A stretch of DNA of 64,000 nt, taken from contig OZ365117.1 in assembly GCA_977030845.1 (NCBI GenBank), forward strand, positions 3,038,001-3,102,000, given 5' to 3'. Shown piece by piece: positions 1-12,300 of this stretch. The notes under the pieces were generated by a model. That model was not told where the DNA came from. It was given only the letters and a program-made list of their open reading frames with translations, and searched no databases. This DNA comes from Fimbriosthenelais zetlandica (Eukaryota). Position 1 is the first letter of the stretch, and each line of letters begins with the position of its first letter. The translations under genes and the position numbers were made by a program.

Positions 1-56
1 AAGATGCTGTTCATGTCTAATACAAAGTATCGGTAGGACAAAAGTCAGTTGCTTAC

Positions 57-356
57 CAAATGGCAGTTTAGCAGTTACAGGTTCAGTTTGAGCTGGATCA
101 CTTTCACCAATATCATTAACTGCTTTTATTTGGAAGATGTAATCTTTTCCTTCCACACATTTCTCCACCTTGAAGCTGAAGTCTTTGTCACTGACTTCTC
201 CGACCTTAACAAAGGCCTCACGTTTGACGTCGCGGCGTTCTATGACGTAGCCAGTAATGGGTGAGCCTCCATCGTGTTCAGGCTTCTCCCAACTCACCAC
301 AACAAAATCTTTGTAGATTTCTGTGGGACGAACATTCTGTGGAGGCGATGGGCGAT
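57..356 (-). CDS. Fn3 exon (DRPSPPQNVRPTEIY...TAKLPF)
   Basis: AG/GT sites, 300 nt, phase 1-1; 5 differences from 4224-4523. Confidence 0.95.
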
Positions 357-3300
357 CTAAAACAGAAGAAAAACATGTTGAATTTACTGGACTGGTCACT
401 TAGAACATGGTTGGCACTAAACTAATATTTCTAATGCTGAAAATACGGTACCTTTGACAGTGACATCAAATTCTGCGGATGCCGAGCCTGCTACATTTTC
501 AGCTGTCACTTTGTATGTGCCAGCATCAGCTGCTGTCAGGCCCTTCACCGCCAGCCTGGAATAGGTGCCCTGTGTCTCAATAGTGACACGGTTAGTGTTC
601 TCTAGTGTCACATCACCTCTTGACCAAGTGACAGTTGGTGTGGGTGTACCAGTGACTGTCACATAAAAGATCAAACTTCCCTCTGCCTTCAGTGCCTGAG
701 TCTCCTTGTACTTGTCTTCGTAGGTGATGACCGGTGCAACTGCAAAGCACAAAAACCATCATTCTCAAATTTCAGACCGTCAATAGCAAATTAAAAGACC
801 ATAACTTTACTGATTATTGGAATATCAAGAAGATTTCTCAGTTTAAGAACGCCCAGATCAAGATTGAATAGAAGAGATCTTACTATTGACTGTGAGTGTA
901 CATGAAGTCTCCACACGACCAAGCTTGTTGCCGGCCTCACAACGATATAGATGGTCGTCATTCAAATCTACCTTTGAAATCGTCAATGTTGCTACTTGAT
1001 TCTCATACGTCATGGCATATTTCTTGCCAGAACTAAGCTCTTCTTTGGAGTTCTTCCACCTGAAAAACGGTAGCATAATGTCCATATGAAGGGTGTAGCT
1101 TTTGAAACTAGTGTTTGGTTAAAGCACAGTGGAAACCAAAGATATTTGATAGTTAAGATAGAGTTGTTGCCTACCATTTAACCTTGGCAGCTGGATCTCC
1201 TGGCTTGATGGTACATTCCAGTGTTGCAGAGCAAGGAGAAGTCACAGTTTGGTCTTCCAGGGGTTTCACTAGTTCTGGTTTTTGCCCAGCTGAAATTGAA
1301 AAGCAAAAGACGTATATTCAATATAGAAAAAGATCAATATAGAAAGATTTTGAAACTTAGTCATGATGATATTGTTTCAGATCCAAAGGGCAGCAGTGCA
1401 AGGTACTTACATACGGGTTCCTTGAGAGTGACTGGCGGGTCGCTGGGATCAGACCATGGACCCTGTCCTGCCTTGTTGACAGCAGCCACACGGAACTCGT
1501 AAGTGATAGCTTCACCAAGTCTTGTCACTTTGTAGCCTGGTTCAGGTTTCTTGGTGTTGTCTGTGTCTCTGACCCAGGTGAGGGTACCTTCTATACGATG
1601 TTCCACCACGTAGTGAGTGATGGGGGCGCCACCGTCGTCAGATGGAGCTGTCCATTTAAGATCAACTGATGTTCCCCGGATGTTCTCATACTCGGCTCGT
1701 CCGGGTTTGCCTGGTTTTTCTGTAATTAACAAAAGATCAACATGAAGGTTTATTTACCATAAGATGACCAGTAACTGTGGTGATGTTCTGGTACTGAAAA
1801 GCCCAATGAAATGTTCAAATTGAGAAGGAAAGATTGGGAAGACTTACCATATGGATCCTTGGCAGTAAATGGTTCGGTTGGTGAACATGGTGGTCCAACT
1901 CCAACCTGGTTTTCAGCCATGATCCTGAACTCGTACTGATTACCTTCAATGAGTTCCTTCACCTTGTACTCGAGGTCTTTGACGGCTTCCTTGGTGATCT
2001 TTACCCATCGTGCACTGTCAGTCATTTTACGTTCTACATAATATCCAGTGATAGGCGAACCACCATCATTGGCTGGTGGTTGCCAGGTCAGAACACATGT
2101 TTCTGATGTGATATCGCTGACTGCAGGTGACTGGGGTGGACCTGGTGGATCTACAAGGAACAAATTTTCAAAATAATTTCAGTTTGCACATAAATTATCA
2201 ACATCATCCAAGAATTTGTCAAGAAGTTTATGAAAATAACATACCAAATTCGCTCTTAGCAGTGACAGGTTCTTTGAGCTCCGTGAATGGCCCTTGACCC
2301 ACGTCGTTGACAGCTGCCACTCTGAAGTAGTATTGCTTGTCCTTTACTAGGTTCTTCACGGTGTATTCCCACTCATCTGACGTCATGTCGTTGCCCCAAG
2401 AGCTGCGGGAAGCGTCACGCTTCTCAATGACGTATTTCTGAATGTCACAGCCGCCATCGTCATCTGGCTCCTCATAGGTTATTGTCACAGTAGATTCTGT
2501 GAACTCTTTGACCTTGAGTTCAGTAGGTGGTCCTGGTTTGTCTAGAGATAACAAAGTTTGTGTTTGACTTCCAATATCAATTAAACAAAAGGGTCAATGT
2601 TGCATCAGCTTTCTAAGGACAACAGCCAACAGATTTCTGTTGCACCAATGTCCATATCTTAAAGCATATTAGTTATTCCAAAGGAGATATGTTTTTGGAA
2701 CTTACCAAGGACAATGACCTTGACTGTGAGTGAGCACTCTCCATAAGGATTGCGCACAGTCACCACATATTTGCCTGAGTCGGGCCGCGTCATCTTCTTC
2801 AAACGCAAACATGTCATGCCATAGATTGTCTCTTCTTGGAATCGCTTGTCTGAGATGGGAGCGTTCTTAAACTTCCATTCTACATCAGGCATTGGGTGGG
2901 CTGAGAACGGCAGCTCTATGATGGTAGCCTGTCCTACTTTGAGTGTGCGCACCTCTTCAAAGTTGTCCAGGTTGAATGAAGGTGGCACTGAGAGAAAGAA
3001 TTGTAAGGATTGTACATGACAATAAATGAGACAGTTCATGTGTTCTTTAACTCATTTACTCCTGAATATGTCTATCTGCATCTCTACTTTTAGCCAGCAG
3101 TATCTGGCTTAAGAACAAATTTAACACTAATTGCATGTCACAGTGATTTACCTTTGACTTTGAGGGCAGCAGTTGATTGAGCACCCTCGGCGAAGTAGAC
3201 AGTATAGTCATCATCATCTTCACCAATCACATCGTTGACGGTGAGAGTGTGCTTGCCGTTTGATGCACTCATGGTGTATTTATTACCAGAAGAGATGGGC

Positions 3301-6300
3301 TTGCCGCCCTTTCTCCACTCAGCCTTCACTGACTTATTACTGATCTCACACATGAATGTAGCTGTACCGGGAATCTCGCTGACCTCCTGATCTTCCAGAG
3401 GTGTCAGGAAGTTGATAGGCTCAACTGAAAACAAACAGAGAGTGTTTAGAGTCTATTACACTATATCAGGAAAGTGATTAGTTTACCCTGGACAGATCTG
3501 ATTAGAATTAGAAAAAATGTCTTTTCCTTACCACATTTGTGAGGGAGTGAAGGATCAGAGGGTGGACCTTGTCCAGCCTTGTTCTCAGCTGTAACTCGGA
3601 ACTCGTACTCCGTCCCTTCCCTCAAGCTGGGAATAGTAAACTTCAGATCGGTCACGGCCTCTTTCTTGTTTACAACTGTCCACTTGCGATCACCAACTTG
3701 TCTCATTTCTACGATGTAATTTGTGATCTCTGCTCCACCATCTGACTCAGGAGCAGCCCAGGAGATAGAAGCAGTGACGCCTGTTGATTCTTCAACAACA
3801 GGACGTCCTGGTTTGCCTGGTGGATCGAACGGATCCTTAGCCACAAAGCTGATGGGTTCACATGGCTTGCCTTGGCCAGCATCATTCTCAGCGAACACTC
3901 TGTATTCATACTTCTCGCCTTCGTTTAGATCATCAAGAGCGAGCTCAAGGACCTTGACGGCTTTCTTGTTCACCTTGATCCATCTCGATCCAGAACGTCT
4001 TTCTACATAGTAACCAGTGATAGGAGAACCACCATCAAGTTCAGGAGGTTCCCACGTCAGTTTGGCTGATGTTTTGGTGATATCATTTGCCTTGAGGTTA
4101 ATTGGTGGGCCTGGAGGATCTGAAAGAACACAAATTATTTGTTTTAAAAGTGAGAAACGGATCCATACAAGGGCTAAATATATTTAGTACAAAATCTCAG
4201 TAGGACAAAAGTCAGTTGCTTACCAAATGGCAGTTTAGCAGTCACAGGTTCTGTTTGAGCTGGATCACTTTCACCAATATCATTAACTGCTTTTATTTGG
4301 AAGATGTAATCTTTTCCTTCCACACATTTCTCCACCTTGAAGCTGAAGTCTTTGTCACTGACTTCTCCGACCTTAACAAAGGCCTCACGTTTGACGTCGC
4401 GGCGTTCTATGACGTAGCCAGTAATGGGTGAGCCTCCATCGTGTTCAGGCGTCTCCCAACTGACCACAACAAAGTCTTTGTAGATTTCTGTGGGACGAAC
4501 ATTCTGTGGAGGCGATGGGCGATCTGTAACAGAAGAAAAACATGTCGAATTTACTGGACTGGTCACTTGAAACATGGTTGGCACTAAACCAACATTTCTA
4601 ATGCTGAAAATACGCTACCTTTGACAGTGACATCAAATTCTGCGGATGCCGAGCCTGCTACATTTTCAGCTGTCACTTTGTAAGTGCCAGCATCAGCTGC
4701 TGTCAGGCCCTTCACCGCCAACCTGGAATAGGTGCCCTGTGTCTCAATAGTGACAAAGTTAGTGTTCTCAAGTGTCACATCCCCTCTTGACCAAGTGACA
4801 GTTGGTGTGGGTGTACCAGTGACAGTCACGTAAAGGATCAGACTTCCCTCTGCCTTCAGTGCCTGAGTCTCCTTGTACTTGTCCTCATACGTGATAACAG
4901 GAGCGACTGGAATGTGAGAATGTTCTTGTTAAGTTCCACCTATATCCTTTATTTTTTAAGAGCTACATGTTGATTCTTATGAAATTTCAAAATCATATGA
5001 CATACTTGGCACAGTATGCAACCAACAGTTTGCTATGCCCATTCATGTCATGGCAGGTTGCGGAACAAACAAAATGAACATCATTCTTTAGTGGAGAATT
5101 CAATGTCTTCAACGAATAGTTGTTGAGTTATTTCAAGTATTTCTTACCATTAACTGTGAGCGTGCATGACGTTTCAACACGACCAATCTTGTTCTTAGCT
5201 TCACAGACATACATGTCACCATCATTGACAACAACATCATTTATTGTCAGTGTAGCCACGTTCTTCTCATAAGTGATCTTATACTTCTTGTTGGAACTGA
5301 TCTCTTGATTGTTCTTCATCCTGAAAAAATTCAAATTCAAACATAAATATTTTCAAAGTTTATAGCGGATTTTACTTCGCAATGATTATCTTCAATTGTG
5401 GGATAGATGCGCGAGTACTGACCACTTGATCTTGGCCTGTGGATCGCCTGGTTTGATGGTACACTCAAGTTTAGCAGTACATGGAGAAGTGACTGTCTGG
5501 TCCTGCAGTGGTTCAACAATCTCAGGGCCATGACCAGCTAGAAAGAAAAATGACCAAATAAATTAATCAATCATTTATAAAAACCAACGTAGACGGGATC
5601 TGCAGAACACCAGGGGATTCGGTATGCAGTAAGATACCAAGGCAAACTGGTATCTCTTCAAATTATGGCTCGGCAAGTTCCATACATTAGGATCTGGTAC
5701 TTACATACGGGTTCCTTGAGAGTGACTGGCGGGTCGCTGGGATCAGACCATGGACCCTGTCCTGCCTTGTTCACAGCAGCCACACGGAACTCGTAAGTGA
5801 TAGCTTCACCAAGTCTTGTCACTTTGTAGCCTGGTTCAGGTTTCTTGGTGTTGTCTGTGTCTCTGACCCAGGTGAGGGTACCTTCTATACGATGTTCCAC
5901 CACGTAGTGAGTGATGGGGGCGCCACCGTCGTCAGATGGAGCTGTCCATTTAAGCTCAACTGATGTTCCCCGGATGTTCTCATACTCGGCTCGTCCGGGT
6001 TTGCCTGGTTTTTCTGTAAATTCAAGTAAAATAGAAATAGAAATCCAGCAGCAAGATTCAGCATACAGTAGGCCTACATTTCTCTAAACTTATTGAATCA
6101 TAAGGGCCGTCCTCCACTGCTGCGATTTTACTTGCGACAATACTGCGACAACAGTGATGTTTGTCTTGCAATAAAATATAAAAATTGTAGATGAGGTGAC
6201 CAAGGATTATAGTGGTCATACTCAAGTGGATTCATTTTCATTGCCACACAAGCATCACCATTGTCGCAGTTGTGTCGCAAGCAAAATCGCAGCAGTGGAG

Positions 6301-9300
6301 TCCCGGCTTAAGAGTGGGCTTATACAATAAAGCAGATGGCATCCAGTATTGATACTTACCATATGGATCCTTGGCAGTAAATGGTTCAGTTGGAGAGCAA
6401 GGTGGTCCGACTCCAACCTGGTTCTCGGCCATGATCCTGAACTCATACTGATTGCCTTCTATGAGCTCCTTCACCTTGTATTCCAGATCTGGAACTGATT
6501 CTTTGGTGATTTTTACCCATCGAGTACTGTCTGTCATTTTACGTTCCACGTAGTAGCCCGTGACTGGGGAACCGCCGTCGTTAGCAGGTGGTTGCCAGGT
6601 GAGGACGCACGTCTCCTTGGTGATGTCACTAACAGCAGGTGACTGAGGAGGTCCTGGTGGATCTGAATGTGACAGAAATCAGTGATTAAACCTCATCGAC
6701 AAACATTATGACATTATGTATTCCTATAACAATTCCCCAAGCAGTATCAACACTGTTTCGTGCAGTATTTCTATAACAATTCCCAAAGCAGTATCGACCC
6801 TTTTTCGTGCAGTATTCCTATAACAATTCCCCAAGCAGTTTCAACCCTTTTTCGTGCATTATTCCCATGACAATTCCCCAAGCAGTATCAACGCTGTTTC
6901 GTGCAGTATTCCTATAACAATTCCCCAAGCAGTTTCAACCCTTTTTCGTGCAGTATTCCTATAACAATTCCCCAAGCAGTTTCAACCCTTTTTCGTGCAG
7001 TATTTCTATGACAATTCCCCAAGCAGTTTCAACCCTTTTTCGTGCAGTATTCCTACAACAATTCCCCAAGCATTTTCAACCCTTTTTCGTGCAGTATTCC
7101 TATAACAATTCCCCAAGCAGTTTCAACCCTTTTTCGTGCAGTATTCCTATAACAATTCCCCAAGCAGTTTCAACCCTTTTTCGTGCAGTATTTCTATGAC
7201 AATTCCCCAAGCAGTTTCAACCCTTTTTCGTGCAGTATTCTTATGACAATTCCCCAAGCAGTTTCAACCTTTTTTCGTGCAGTATTCCTATAACAATTCC
7301 CCAAGCAGTTTCAACCCTTTTTCGTGCAGTATTCCTATGACAATTTCCCAAGCAGTATCAACGCTGTTTCGTGCAGTATTCCTGGACATTATGGAGATTT
7401 CACCCTTTTTTGATTACTCATTAGTTTTTTTTTAACTTAAGACGTTGGCCAGAATCTGAGGTCTACGTACCAAATTCGCTCTTAGCAGTGACAGGTTCTT
7501 TGAGCTCAGTGAATGGCCCTTGACCCACGTCGTTGACAGCTGCCACTCTGAAGTAGTATTGCTTGTCCTTTACTAGGTTCTTCACGGTGTATTCCCACTC
7601 ATCTGACGTCATGTCGTTGCCCCAAGAGCTGCGGGAAGCGTCACGCTTCTCAATGACGTATTTCTGAATGTCACAGCCGCCATCGTCATCTGGCTCCTCA
7701 TAGGTTATAGTCACAGTAGATTCTGTGAACTCTTTGACCTTGAGTTCCGTAGGTGGTCCTGGTTTGTCTATAAATATGAAGAAAATGAATTTGAATAAAA
7801 GAAAACAGACTAGAGCAAAAATATGACTTCACTCTTATTGCCATCCTAACGTCTTTATTGTTCCTTAACTCATATGATCAAGACATGTCAAAGTAAACTT
7901 ACCAAGGACAATGACCTTGACTGTCAGTGAGCACTCCCCATAAGGATTGCGCACAGTCACCACATATTTGCCAGAGTCGGGTCGTGTCATCTTCTTCAAA
8001 CGCAAACATGTCATGCCATAGATGGTCTCTTCTTGGAATCTCTTGTCTGAGATGGAAGCGTCCTTAAACTTCCATTCTACATCAGGCATTGGGTGGGCTG
8101 AGAATGGCAGCTCTATGATGGTAGCCTGTCCTACTTTGAGCGTGCGCACCTCTTCAAAGTTGTCCAGGTTGAATGAAGGTGGCACTGAAAAGAGGCAGAG
8201 TAACTTAAATTTTGTGTTGAACAGTTATCTTTCACTTGATGCCGTGGATAGCCCCACTTAGATTGAGCCAATTATCAGGGCTTTAGATATTGGTAGGGCA
8301 GTTTTCTCACAGATAGAAGACATTTTCTGGCCGTATTTCTAAGAGAAAAACCAGTACTTACCTTTGACTTTGAGGGCTGCAGTTGACTCAACGCCCTCCT
8401 GGAAGAATACAGTGTAATCATCATCATCTTCCCCAATAACATCGTTTACTGTGAGAGTATGTTTCCCATTTGTGGACGACATGGTATACTTGGCACCGGA
8501 TGAGATGGGCTTTCCAGCCTTCTTCCATTGAGGCTTCATCCCCTTCTTGGAGATCTCACATGTGAAGGTGGCTGTGCCTGGGATTTCAGTGACTTCCTGA
8601 TCTTCAAGTGGCGTCAGGAAATTGATTGGCTCAACTGAAAAATAAAAGGTACAGCATCCGTTATCATACTACACTTTCTACACAAAATACTTTATATGAA
8701 CCAGACGCTGCAAGACCTCACTAAGAATGGTGGATTTAAGCCGGGACTCCACTGATGCGATTTTGCTTGCGACACTACTGCGACAAAGGCGATGCTTGTG
8801 AAGTTGTGTAAGAATAAAATTTATAAACTGTGGTTCAAGTGTCTAAGGCTTTAAGGCTGTCCTCCAATGGTAAATTTATCATTGAAACACAAGTATCACC
8901 TTTGTCGCAGACGTGTCGCAAACAAAATGGCAGCAGTGGAGTCCCAGCTATACTCCCACAAAGAACCAAAATCAAGGTGCTCACCATATTTCTTTGGTAG
9001 GGATGGAGGTGAGAATGGTCCCACTCCAGCCTTGTTCTCCGCCGCTACATGGAACTCATACTCTTTCTCTGCGACTAGTCCTGTCACAGAGAAGGTGAGC
9101 TCGGCGACTGTCTTGCCTTTACTGCCTGCCTTCCATGTCTTATCGCCGACAGGGCGGTACTCGATGATGTAATTAAAGATCTCTGCTCCACCGTCATTCT
9201 CAGGTGGAGTCCACGTGATCGTGGCCGAGTCTGGATTCAATTCAACAACATCGGGACGTCCTGGGGCCTCGGGAGGATCTGAAATCATATAATATTATTT

Positions 9301-12300
9301 TACTTACATTTTAATATGTAAAATGTAAGAGTTATATGTCTATAACAATTCCCCAAGCAGTATTGACCCTGTTTCGTGCAGTATTCCTATAACAATTCCC
9401 CAAGCAGTATCAACCTTGTTTCGTGCAGTATTCCTATAACAATTCCCCAAGCAGTATCGACCCTTTTTCGTGCAGTATCCTTATAACAATTCCCCAAGCA
9501 GTATCAACCTTGTTTCGTGCAGTATTCCTATAACAATTCCCCAAGCAGTATCGACCCTTTTTCGTGCAGTATCCTTATAACAATTCCCCAAGCAGTATCA
9601 ACCTTGTTTCGTGCAGTATTCCTATAACAATTCCCCAAGCAGTATCGACCCTGTTTCGTGCAGTATCCTTATAACAATTCCCCAAGCAGTATCAACCCTG
9701 TTTCGTGCAGTATCCTTATAACAATTCCCCAAGCAGTATCAACCCTGTTTAGTGCAGTATCCTTATAACAATTCCCCAAGCAGTATCAACCCTGTTTCGT
9801 GCAGTATCCTTATAACAATTCCCCAAGCAGTATCGACCCTTTTTCGTGCAGTATTCCTATAACAACTCACCAAGCAGTATCGACTTACATTTTAATATGT
9901 AGCATAACACTAGCATAAAACCACTATTTGTCCAAAAGAATATTTATGCTAGTCTCGATAGAAGATATACCCAGTTATGCCAGAAACATAGGCCATAGTT
10001 CAGAGACATCCTACAATATTATGGAACTAAAAATGAGGAAAAAGGAAGCAAATTTGCAAAACTTCCGTTATCTTTACAACAGAATACCATTTTTAATATT
10101 TACCAAATGGATCTTTGGCTACGATTGTGATGGGTTCACATGGGTCACCGACACCCGCGGCGTTCTCAGCGCAGACCCTGAACTTGTATTCTACACCTTC
10201 TTCAAGGTCATCCATGGCGAGTTGAAGGTCAGTGACTGGTGTCTTGTTGACCCTCGACCAGCGGGTACTATAGGCCGCCATACGTTCTACATAATAACCT
10301 GTCACTGGTGAGCCTCCGTCAAACTCAGGTGGTGACCACGTGAGGCGAGTGGACGTCTTGGTCGTGTCGTTGGCCTTCAGGTTGATGGGAGGACCAGGCT
10401 TGTCTGTAGATGATTGAAAACTTCATTAAACTTTCACATTCCAGTTAATTTGACATATAGACATTTTTCGAATCGGTCATCATGTTTTGAAGGTAAAGAT
10501 AAGAGTCCAATTTGGGGTTGAAGATGTTTCTTCTGACTAATGACATGCCTCAATGTGTTTCTCATAAGGTATCAACTATGTTTGCTAGACATGTAGAGAA
10601 AATGCCAGTCCTTCTGACAAATCATAGTCAGATATTTCCAGTTCTAAGCAACTACAGGTTTGTGTTGTAACTGAATCGGAGAATTGTGAACTAAAATGAA
10701 AGGTAGTGGAACATGGGTAAAATAAATGGTATGAATCTACCTAAATCCAAGCTACAATTAATTATGGTGAAAAAGTATTTCCATTCTGGATTACTTTTTC
10801 CTAAAAGCTGCGCTGGAATAAATAAAAAGGTTAAGGGACAAAATTGTAAAAATTCATGGAGAGATGAAGCGAAATAAAATAGTTCATGTAAGGAATACAA
10901 CTAAATAGTGATTGGATCCATATGGCAAGGTGATAACAAAATTGGTTTAAACAAATTAATAAAATAATTGGAGCTAACTATCTCCAGGTAAATTTAACAA
11001 AATTGGATTAAATTTAACAAATAATTGGATATATCTCCAATATTTCCAGGTGAATGCTAGATGAATAAAAAAATAAATAAGCCTGATGAAGAAGAATTAA
11101 AATCGTTGGTATTTCTGATTAGTAAGCGAAAATAAAAAATAACGTTCGGATATATAAATACCATCTCCGACTACTTACCCATTCCGTCTACACCTACTAG
11201 AAATACACATAGAAAATACACAGTCAGACACATTCATCTAATGACACGAAATACACTTAAACATACAACATAACTGAATAATTAAAATAAATAATTACCA
11301 AATGGAAGTTTAGCCGTGACTGGTTGCTCCATTTCGCAAGCATCACTAACTCCGATGGCATTTTCAGCCTTGACCCGGAAGTAGTACTGATGCCCCTCGT
11401 GGAGTTTATCAGCTTTGATGGTTCGCGTCTGTCCGTCTGTCTCTCCCACCTTGACCCAGGTGTTTTTGGCCGCGTCCCGTTTCTCGATGATGTAGTTTGT
11501 GATGGGTTCTCCACCGTCAGTTTCAGGTTCGTCCCAGACCACTACGATGAAGTCCTTGGAGTACTCGGTGGACCGGAGGTTTCTCGGAGGCGAGGGGCGA
11601 TCTGAGCAAGAGGAAGATTGTGATAGACATCCAGCCATGAAGACGATAATCAGCAAAGAAGTAGGTATTATATTTGGTATCACATTATGTAATTGCTTTG
11701 TTTTCTTGTATTGTTTTCTTAATACAATTATGCACATATAAGTACTAATAATGTGCTATGAAAATGGCACTGTAGTACTAAGTAGAAAACTGTAGTTAAA
11801 TTCTTGCCTTGGCTACCACTATATGGTATGAACATCTCCAGGACAATACATAAATACTCTAGAAAATAAACATAAATATCAAAGGAATCTTACCTTTGAC
11901 CTCAACTGTGAATTGTGCTGAGTCACTGCCCACTTCATTGGTGGCAGTAATGGTGTAGGTACCCGCCATCTTGAATGTAGCATCGACCAAGGTCACCTTG
12001 CTGGTACGGTGGTTGGTCTCAACATACACGTTATCCATACCTTCTACAGGCGCGTCGTTCAGCGTCCATTCAGCAGTCGGGCTAGGTACGCCATCTATCT
12101 TAGTGTCAATGATGGACTTCTGACCTCCTTTTAGGCTGATAACTTTCTTCAAGTCATCAGAATAGGTGATGGTAGGTGCAACTAGAATGGAAGTGATTCC
12201 TTGCATTTATTACACATCAAAACTTGCAGTATTCCTATAAGTATAACAATTCCCCAAGCAGTATCGACCCTGTTTCGTGCAGTATTCTTATAACAATTCC

